Below, in pieces: positions 54,691 through 64,000 of a DNA stretch of 64,000 nt (positions are counted from its first letter, which is position 1; every line of letters begins with the position of its first letter). The notes beneath the pieces are model-generated. The model saw only the letters and a list, made by a program, of their open reading frames with translations. It was not told where the DNA came from and made no database searches. Where the stretch lies: the NCBI RefSeq assembly GCF_006345805.1, contig NC_043009.1, forward strand, positions 44,764,001 to 44,828,000. Reading direction: 5' to 3'. Source of the stretch: Octopus sinensis. Its lineage: Eukaryota. Both the position numbers and the translations under genes were made by a program.

Positions 54691-54750
54691 GGCTGCCCAG
54701 ATACCTTTGAGGCTGCCCAGATACCTTTGAGGCTGCCCAGATACCTTTGA
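54691..54750. repeat. 20-bp unit x3 (perfect)
   Basis: ggctgcccagatacctttga three times. Confidence 0.97.
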
Positions 54751-55690
54751 AACCTACTGTAGACTACATTTTAAGAGGAAAAACAATCTTTTCCTGAAAT
54801 AAACAAAATTACCTACTTCCAATAACATATGGTGAGTTTACTTAACAGCAAGTTCAAACACTGTTAATTCATGGAGCGGGGGAAAGTAATGGAGGAGGCT
54901 ACCAAGGTAAGTAAGTATATGGGCTGGCTGACTGGTTGGTTAGGTGGCTGGTTGGCTGATTAAGCATTTTCCAAGAAATATTACCAACTAGGTATTCTAA
55001 GTAATTCTTTAGAAACTTGGAGACATTCCAGATGTCAAATATAGTGAAAAGAGATGATGAAATAGATGGAATGTTGAAACTAATGATATGGAATGTAGGT
55101 AATTTGGTAAAACACCTTTAAACAGGAAGTCAGTTTAGAATAGATATTTGTGAATTCAGAAGACAAAAGTAGAGAGAATTTCTCATCGTCATCATTACTA
55201 CCATAATCATTTTAACATCTACTTTTCCATGCTTGCATGGGTTAGTTTATATTTCATTGAAGCAGAATTTTCTGCAGTCAGATGCTCTTCTTGGTACCAA
55301 ATCTCACCTGTTTCCAAGCAATATAATAAACCCCCAGTCTACTGAACAATGTACAGTCTAGACAGGCTTTCACAGAAAACTGCAAACAAACAACACTGTT
55401 TATATAAGCAGTGTGGCTTTGTTTACAATCATCACAGACATATCAAAACTAATATGCACCCAACTATACACATACACACTCATTATATCTATTCCTGTAT
55501 GTTATATATCTTAATAATTACTGGTATCTTTATATATTTTATATATTATATATGTAAAGCATAATATGTTATACATGTATGTATATTGTAATTATCATTT
55601 TAGTAAATAAATAAATAAATTGACATAATATAATGTCTAAAAGTTGATGAATACCACCTATTGATCCCCTCCATTTTCTTATTGCTCAAT

Positions 55691-55884
55691 ATCATCATCA
55701 TTCATTTAGCGTCCGTTTTCCATGCTAGCATGGGTTGGACGGTTCAACTGGGGTCTGGGGAGCCCGAAGGCTGCACCAGGCCAGTCAGATCTGGCAGTGT
55801 TTCTACAGCTGGATGCCCTTCCTAACGCCAACCACTCCGAGAGTGTAGTGGGTGATTTTATGTGCCACCGACACAGGTGCCAGA
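55691..55884 (-). mobile_element. LINE 3' UTR fragment with (GAT)n tail
   Basis: Near-identical to 134-330 and 49182-49370. Confidence 0.8.
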
Positions 55885-57067
55885 CGAGATATATATATAA
55901 TTCAAATTTACGGAAAACAAAAGACAAAGACAGGTGAAGGAACAACAAGCAGGTGTATTAGTTTGTTGCTTAGGAAGAATGGAAAAGTCTTTGACGTTTC
56001 AAGCCTATTCTCTTTGACAGAAAGGATTGACAAGAAAAAACAGAGAGAGAATGAAAAAATACAGAGAAAGAAGAAAATGCAAAGGGATTAATGGTCCAAC
56101 ATAATGAAATGGCCAGAAGAAAGAGGCTATATAAAGATTTCACTTAGGCATAGCAATTTTGAAGTATATGTATATAGAACTCAATATACATATACTTCAA
56201 AATAAAGCATTAGTTGAGAACAGAGCATAATATGAAATTGAATAAATAACAAAGGAAGAGAAATTATGTAATCAACAGTCGTTTCTGCTATAAGATGCAG
56301 TGCATCCAGAGCTGAGTGCTTGTGCATCACCTTATAGCAAGATTATTTAGAAAACATTTACTTAAGTTGTATGTAAATGTAATCAGCCTCAATGGAATTT
56401 GAACTCAGAACATAGAGAGACATCAGTAAATACTGCAACTATTTTATCCAGTAATTTATCAATGTACCATCCACTATGACTTAATAATTCTTTCTACTAA
56501 AGGTTCAAGGTCTGAAATTTGGAGGGAAAAAGGGCCAGTTGATTATGCTGACTCCTAATGTTTTGACTGGTATTTACTTTATTGACCCTGAAGGGATAAA
56601 AAGCAAAGCCGACCTCAGCAAAATTTGAAATCTGACCCATGGCTTAATATAATACAATCAGATTTAATCCCAAAAATTTATACAATTAAACATCAATACA
56701 CCCATACAAAAAATTTGTGTGTGTGTGTTTATCAAGGCCAGATGATGTGCACCAGGCAAACTAATTGATCACCTTCAACACTAAAATCTGGACACACCAC
56801 ATAAATTCCTAAAGCCCGAACCAAATTTCTTCATCAAAAATTACAAAAACTTGGTGATAAAAAACCAAAGTTAGAATAGCTAGGCCTATAATCTAGAGAG
56901 AGTCTTCATTTAGAAGCTTTAAGCTATAATTTGATGTCATCTGTTTGGTATATGTAAATAGTAGGACAACTGAGTGTGTTATCTGATATGGTCTACTTGA
57001 TATAGCAGATTGCAGAATTAAAAAGAGATTAATTAGAAGAACAAGTTAATGATTCTCAAATTGATAA

Positions 57068-57410
57068 TAACAGTTTCAAATTCTGACACAAACCCCAGCA
57101 AGTTCAGGGCAAGGGGGTTATCAATTACATCAACCCCAGTGCACAATTGGTACTTATTTTATCGACCCCAAAAGGATGAAAGGCAAATCTGACCTCAACA
57201 GAATTTGAACTCAGGATGTAAAGACAGACAAAATGTCACAAAGCATTTTGCCCGGCATGCTGATGATTCTATCAGCTCACCGCTTTTCTCAGATTAGTAA
57301 TAATAATGATAATTCTTTCCAATTTTGGCACAAGGTCGGCAATTTTGGGGTAGGGGTTGGTTGATCACATTAACTCCAGTGCTCAACTGGTATTTTAATC
57401 TATCAACCCT
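57068..57410 (-). mobile_element. SINE family B (alternative tail), one full and one partial copy
   Basis: ggtacttattttatcgaccccaaaaggatgaaaggcaaa central domain; further partial copies at about 56480-56630 and 60945-61075. Confidence 0.75.
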
Positions 57411-58184
57411 GAAAAGCATTGATAAAATTAAATACCAGTTGACTCTGCTTTAAAACATCTTGCAAACAAGCAGCTTTCTAGTTCCTACATTTGGACTACG
57501 TCTGTCTCTCTCTCTCTCTCTCTCTCCAGAGATTTTTATCTGTTACCAAACTAACAGGTGATTTCATTTTTCTGCACAACAATAACAGCAGCCTCACTAC
57601 TGAAATACCCCACCTTCCATTCCAGGAAGACCTCACAGGCTCTAAGAACTACCCTTTTTTCTCTCAAATGTCAAATAAAGAAAACAGAATTGAGATTACA
57701 TTGCAATTATATCCAGTGGTACTTAGAATGGTGAAACCAAGGAGGTGCTGGAAGAGAGCTAGTGAATCATTAACAGTATATGCCAGGGATGTAACACTGA
57801 CTGCAAAAGTAAGATGCTATAGGTTTTTTTTTTTACATTTGAAGAGTTATACTGTACTAATGAGGAAAAGCAGGGGACACTCCGTATTTGTAGTAGAAGA
57901 GGACTGTATTGTGGTAGATGCTTAATAGAAAAACATATAGAAGAATTTGAATGAATTAAAACTATTGTATTGTCCAAGTTTATCCATGAAAGAGATGGTC
58001 AAATAAGAATCAGATGACAAATTAAAAACACACCATTAATATTGACAAAAGAAAGATCTAAAAAATAAATAAATACACCTTGAAACTAATCAAAGTATGC
58101 ATGCCAAAAGGTGAACTTAAAAAGATGATGAAGACAACATTTAGTTTAAAAAAAGGCCGAGTCATGCCAACAAACCAATATTCT

Positions 58185-58446
58185 GACTAATGACTCATCA
58201 ATCATTAAACCTATTTTAAAACTAAACATTTTTCAAAACAAGCTTTCCTCTGCAAAGAGATATTTTCAAAGTGACTAAAGACTCATCAATCATTAACCTA
58301 TTTTAAAACTAAACATTTTTCAAAACAAGCTTTCCTCTGCAAAGAGATATTTTCAAAGTGACTAAAGACTGATCAATCATTAACCTATTTTAAAACTAAA
58401 CATTTTTCAAAACAAGCTTTCCTCTGCAAAGAGATATTTTCAAAGT
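58185..58446. repeat. About 87-bp unit x3
   Basis: gactcatcaatcatta(a)acc...ttttcaaagtgactaaa restarting at 58192, 58280, 58367. Confidence 0.95.
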
Positions 58447-59529
58447 ATGATTATGCGAATATTCACATAGGGAAAAGAAAAATGTTAAATGAATTCTATA
58501 TTATTATTATTATTATTATTAGCACAGTGTGAATGAATGAACATTTCAAAATTGCAAGAGAAATTAGAGAAGTGTTTAATTAAAGCAATCCTGTTAAAAG
58601 CAAGGAAACAATCTGCTAACTCTTTTCAACCAGATGGAAAAATGAGGTCAAGGTTTCAGTCAATCAAATTTGTTCTAATTGGGACAATAATTAACTGATT
58701 ATTTAAGCAAACAGTAGGCTACATATTTATTAATTATAATCTATGCCTGAAAATATTTATGAAAAAAACAAACAAACAAGGCCCAATAATTAGGCGAGAA
58801 TAAGCAACATAGGTTAAAAAGTAGGTTATAATAGGCAAATAAATAGGGGCTTCTATGACCTAATAAATAGGATATAATAAACTAATGAATAGACTATGAT
58901 AAACCAATGAGTAGGCTATTACAGGGCTAATAAATAGGTCACAATAGGTTCATGAATAGGCTATAAGAGGTTAATAAATAGGCTATAATAATCTAATAAA
59001 ATAAGATATAAGGCAAATAGATAGGTTATGATAAGTTAATGAATAGACTACAATAATTCAATGAATAGTTTATAATGATGAAAGAAGTTGAGGGTGATTG
59101 AAGAATCCCAACTCCAGTCACACAATAATAATTAACTTGTGTCTTGTGCCCCTGGTCATATCATGGTAGTCAATGTTATCAATCAAATTAATTAAATAAA
59201 AACTTCCCCCACAATATGGATATTTTTTCCTTTATTGCCCATCAATCGTATTTATATTGGATTTATTTTCAGAAATATCTCATTTTCTTTGAGTTACTTG
59301 TTGCCAAACAGACCCTTACCCTATCCTTCCAATTCTGAAGTTTACCATAATTAACCAATAGACTGGTATAAACCTCACCCAGCGGGTGTAGGAGTTAATT
59401 CAGAGATATTTCAAAATCTAACAGTAAACTTAATTTATTAAGTTTGTGTACAGTTCTATATTTAAGAGATGAGGAATTATGTACATTATTTACATTTGAC
59501 AGATATTTGTCCTCATCGTGTTTGTTGTT

Positions 59530-59575
59530 AACACAACGTTTCGGCTGATATACCCTCCAGCCTTCATCAGGTGTC
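59530..59575 (-). ncRNA. Minimal type I hammerhead ribozyme motif (intact core)
   Basis: Reverse complement reads gacacCTGATGAaggctggagggtatatcagccGAAAcgTTgtgtt. Confidence 0.75.
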
Positions 59576-59879
59576 TTGGAGAAATTTAAAACCTGGGTTC
59601 TCATTCATAAGGTATTTTTCAATGTTATTATTATTATTATTATTATTATTCAGGTCACTGCCTGGAATCGAAATCGGAATCTTGGGGTTAGTAGCCCATG
59701 CTCTTAACCACTACGCCTAAGGGCATATGGTGTAGTGGTTAAGAGTGCAGGCTACTAACCCCAAGATTCCAAGTTCGATTCCAGGCAGTGACCTGAACAA
59801 CAACAACGACAATGACAACAACAACAACAACATCGAAAAATACCTTATGAATGAGAACCCAGATTTGAAATTTCCCCAA

Positions 59880-59925
59880 GACACCTGATGAAGGCTGGAG
59901 GGTATATCAGCCGAAACGTTGTGTC
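59880..59925 (+). ncRNA. Minimal type I hammerhead ribozyme motif (intact core)
   Basis: gacac-CTGATGA-a-ggctg(gagggtatat)cagcc-GAAA-cg-TT-gtgtc: stem I, stem II, conserved core, palindromic ACGT in place of stem III. Confidence 0.75.
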
Positions 59926-60606
59926 AACAACAAACAAGATGAGGACAAATATCCATCAAATGTAAATAATGTAAATAATGTATAAGTTTGTGTATCGGTA
60001 ACTTTCGCATTAAAGACAATCAAGAACAGCTTTAATGCCAGATGTTAAATGATGTAAACTGTCACCATCCCTTTACATTTGTTGTCCACGCTGGCATGGA
60101 TTAGATTGGTTATTATGGTTTGAATCATTTCTTATTAGGAAGTTGCTTCTCCTACAGACTGGTTGTCATACATGACATTTGGCTTGGTTTCTACAGCCAG
60201 ATGCTCTCATGTTTTAAAGTCCATTCAAATGCAACTAATGAAGAGAAAAACTGAAGTTAAATAGCAAATAAGGATTTTTTTTTTTTTAATAGTAGTAGTA
60301 GTTACAAGATCTTATGTCTATAAATGAAAAAAAAAATGAAGATGCTATAACATCAAGGCCTTTCACAATGACATGAATGAAAGGAAATGGACTCAACCAG
60401 AAGTCTTGATAGAACGGACGACTCAACTCTTGCAAAGTTATCATCATTGTTCACTGTCCCATGTCACCAGCCCTCATTTGTTTCCCTATGACTAGACATG
60501 TTTTCCAAGAAGATTAGAAGCAAAGGACATGACCTGTCTGATAGTGACAATTTTCTACAACTATCATGTGAAATCAAGACCAGGAAACACTAACATACAC
60601 ACACAA

Positions 60607-60755
60607 TAGGTATCTTCCAGTTTCCACCTACCAAATCAACTCACAAAAATTTGGTCAGCTCAATGGTTATAGTAGAAGACACTTGCTCAAGGTGCCATGC
60701 AGTGGGGCTGATAATGAAAACTTATGGCTGGGTAGCAAGGTTCTTAACCATACAC
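60607..60755 (-). mobile_element. SINE family A, diverged 5' half
   Basis: tatagtagaagacacttgctcaaggtgcc core. Confidence 0.7.
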
Positions 60756-61626
60756 TGTCCTAACTAAAAGCATGGGTACGCTGGAAAATTGCCTAAGGAC
60801 CTCATGTGTTTATGGACCCAGAGCTAATTTGTGTATGCTGTAACTTGCTATCAATCAATAAAAGAGACCTAGTGCACTGCTTTGCTTAGGCGGTTATAAT
60901 GCTGCTGAGAGGGACCTTCTGCTATGGGTACTCAGAATGGAATATATCAGGTTCAAATTTGGCATAAAGCTGTAAATTTTAAGGGGAAAGGGTGTTTAAT
61001 CAATTACGCCAACCCCAGTGCTCAACTGGTTTTTCTTTTATTAACTTGGTGGGATTTGAACTCAGAATGCAAAGAACTGGGGAAAATGGAATATAATAAA
61101 CACAGATTTATGATTGCAAGACATCAGATTTAGAGGAAGGAAATGTAAGGTCATTTTCTTAAGGAGAGGAAATGTAAAGGGAGAGGATTGAAATGGAGAG
61201 GATTGAAATGGGATGACTGCTATTCAAAGCTAAAACCAGTTATCTGGGATTATACTTATTGCATCATCAATATGATATAGCATGAAATGAGAATGGAAAA
61301 TAACATTGTCTCCAGGACAGCTAACACTATAAAGTTATATATTAATCAAAAATAAAGTTATGTGTAAAAAAAAAAGAAAAACCATTTGGGTGTTGAGATT
61401 TGGTGGTGCTACATACCAGACATTGTTTTTTTACGTGCATTATGTTTTATTCGTATTTTGTATTTTTGTAGTGTTTTGCTTTTGTTTTGTTTTGTTGTTT
61501 TTATGTTTCTACATACCTCTGCTTTAGGACAGCAAAATATTTCCATTCCATCTATCAACTATTTCAAGATTTTCCTTTAAATTATACATTGCAATACTCT
61601 GGCCTTGAATAGATAATATATCAGAT

Positions 61627-61627
<1 letters not shown>

Positions 61628-61664
<37 letters not shown>

Positions 61665-61832
61665 TATACACATATAGATATATACATATAGATATATACA
61701 TATAGATATATACATATAGATATATACATATAGATATATACATATAGATATATACATATATACATATACATATATATATATACATATATATATATACATA
61801 TATATATAACATATATATATATACATATATAC

Positions 61833-61864
<32 letters not shown>

Positions 61865-61890
61865 ATACATATATATATATACATATATAC

Positions 61891-61943
<53 letters not shown>

Positions 61944-62147
61944 TACATATATATATATACATATATTATATATATACATATATATATATACATATATACA
62001 TTACATATATACATATACATATATACATATATATATAATACATATATATATATATACATATACATATATATATATACATATATACATATACATATATACA
62101 TATACATATATATATATACATATACATATATACATATATATATATAC

Positions 62148-62180
<33 letters not shown>

Positions 62181-62272
62181 CATATATACATAAACATATA
62201 TACATATATACATATATATAATATATATATATATACATATACATATACATATATATATATATATATATATAA
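61628..62272. repeat. Long degenerate (TA)n/(CATATA)n tract
   Basis: Direct reading. Confidence 0.96.
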
Positions 62273-62295
62273 GAGACAGGGTATGTACGCCGCTA

Positions 62296-62550
62296 TATAT
62301 ATATGTATACAAAATACAAACTGGGACAAGAACGCAAAACATTATGATGACGACACAAAAAACATGGACGGGACATTTGAAGCCTTCAATCTTCGGTCAA
62401 GAACTAGATCATCCTCGCACAGCCGAAATTGCGAGGATGACCCGATTCTTGACCGAAGATTGAAGGCTTCGAATGTCCCGTCCGTGTTCTTTGTGTTGTC
62501 ATCATAATGTTTTGCGCTCTTGTCCCAGTTTGTATCTTTTATACATATAT
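62296..62550. mobile_element. Long hairpin: inverted dimer of a repeat embedded in (TA)n
   Basis: Arms of about 105-120 bp with scattered mismatches; 10-nt loop cagccgaaat at 62420-62429. Confidence 0.85.
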
Positions 62551-62686
62551 ATATATATATATACATATACATACATATATATATGCATATATATATACAT
62601 ATATGTATGCATATACATATATATATGCATATACATATACATACATATATATATGCATATACATATACATACATATATATATATGC

Positions 62687-62731
<45 letters not shown>

Positions 62732-63864
62732 TCCAGATTAAAGCTGACAGAAATGTAGAGAGGCTTCTGCTGCATTTCAAACCATCCTGCTCAGGCCCCC
62801 AGTTTAGGATCACACAGAAACTATATTGCTATACAAGCAAAAGCCAGCTAAAAGAAGTCAACTTTTGCCAAAAAAAGGTATTAACACCTGTGTGAACAAA
62901 GTTTAACCAATCAGATCAGCTGCTGTGAAACTAAATAGTGATAAACTTGAAAGTAAGTTTTGCGAATTTTCTTGCCAAATAGTTTGGCCAAAAGTTCTAG
63001 AAGCACGACTAAGTGTTATAAAAAGCTGAGATACTGAACTCCCAAAGTGAACAACTACACAGAACTCTGTTAAGCAGTTTTGAGATAAGGTGTCCTCATG
63101 ATTTCTACTTGTTCTGTTTTTAATAACCATGAACAGTTTTCACATAAACCACTAAAATATTTCACTCAATGAAGACTTTTAATGTTCACTTTCACTATTT
63201 CTTCTACGAAGTTGCATTCAAATAATTGTTGCACATACATGAATGTAAATGTCCTGGGTAATAAAAAAAATATGGAAACTTATACAAATATTAGAGCAAT
63301 CATTCCTTCCTTCTCACACAACCTACCTTATACTGCAACAACAATGACCCGCTGAATCAATTCTGATTTTTTATGAAAGAATTTATTTGGGTGTGTTTGG
63401 CTGGTTTGGGTGGTGGTTGTTTAAGCCCAGATCAGCCCCATTAAGCAAGTAGGTCTATGATCAAAGATATGCTAACCATGTCTCTCTTATTTTTGTTCAC
63501 AAATAGAACTACATTATCCAAGTGGGTGTGAGCTGAGAGAAATATGGACTACTGTTTCTAACAGATCACATGGCAATGTAGACACTCTGTTGTTTTTTGT
63601 TTTAGATAATGACAGGGAAGACAACAGTATCCATTGATTTACCAGAGTGAGATTAATATAATTATTATTCTAATCCTTTTGTTACCATATTTCTGTTGAA
63701 ATGCATTGCTTTTGTTCCAATTAATTTTTTAAATAATGAAGAATTTAATAAAATAATATGGAAAATAATACAGAATTTAGTAAAATGATTTTGTCAATAT
63801 ATAGCTGGTGTTTGAAACATAATATAAAAAAAAATAAATGCACCCTTTTAAAGCCTAGCCAGGC

Positions 63865-64000
63865 TCATGGGACCAGTTTCCTGGTTTCAATGGTGTATGT
63901 GTTCCCCAGCTGGATGGGACGCCAGTCCATCGCAGCGTTACTCATTTTTGCCACCTGAGTGGACTGGAGCATTGTGAAATGAAGTGTTTTGCTCAAGAAC
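63865..64000 (-). mobile_element. SINE family C variant running off the window end
   Basis: ctcatttttgccacctgagtggactggagc shared with 34270-34320, joined to a different 3' module. Confidence 0.7.

Larger units (their letters stand above)
59451..59982. mobile_element. Head-to-head inverted dimer of tRNA-headed, hammerhead-bearing retroelement
   Basis: Minus copy 59451-59717, plus copy 59721-59982; A box TGGYGTAGTGG and B box GTTCGATTCC, (AAT/AAC)n, hammerhead core; 12-bp direct repeat TAAGTTTGTGTA at 59439-59450 and 59983-59994. Confidence 0.9.

Noticed and set aside
49703-58446. CRISPR-like arrays (24-bp, 20-bp and 87-bp repeats)
   Set aside because: Direct tandem repeats without unique spacers, in eukaryotic DNA.
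59721-59795. Real tRNA gene at the head of the ribozyme element
   Set aside because: No closing acceptor stem, and it continues into repeat body; SINE head, parent tRNA not assignable by eye.
54019-64000. IP6K first coding exon
   Set aside because: No QVGGH or FTP.Y.G-like motif found in the listed ORFs or by scanning; presumed outside the window, though a short exon could have been missed.

Overview
AT-rich, microsatellite-dense animal genomic DNA, most likely octopus/cephalopod (inferred from the tRNA-derived SINE families and repeat landscape), with a 100-N gap at 13439-13538. One intact protein-coding gene is supported: the last four coding exons of an inositol hexakisphosphate kinase (IP6K) on the minus strand (54018->46258). 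All GT-AG junctions are phase-consistent; the first coding exon was not found and probably lies beyond 64000. The rest is mostly transposon-derived: several tRNA-headed SINE families, RTE and R4/Dong-type LINE fragments, a decayed Gypsy gag, a decayed mariner, two non-autonomous Helitrons, three GGATC-ended foldback MITEs (8-bp TSD, TTAGGG-like core) and a Penelope-like (PLE) GIY-YIG remnant with a hammerhead ribozyme. The most interesting signal is a tRNA-headed element carrying a minimal hammerhead ribozyme. It is inserted twice as a TSD-flanked head-to-head inverted dimer, suggesting a Penelope-mobilised, ribozyme-bearing SINE. Also notable: a 28S rDNA fragment inserted inside an R4-type LINE, and a tentative, heavily decayed ionotropic-glutamate-receptor-like pseudogene at about 8.4-17.2 kb. 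All calls are by eye; no searches were run.
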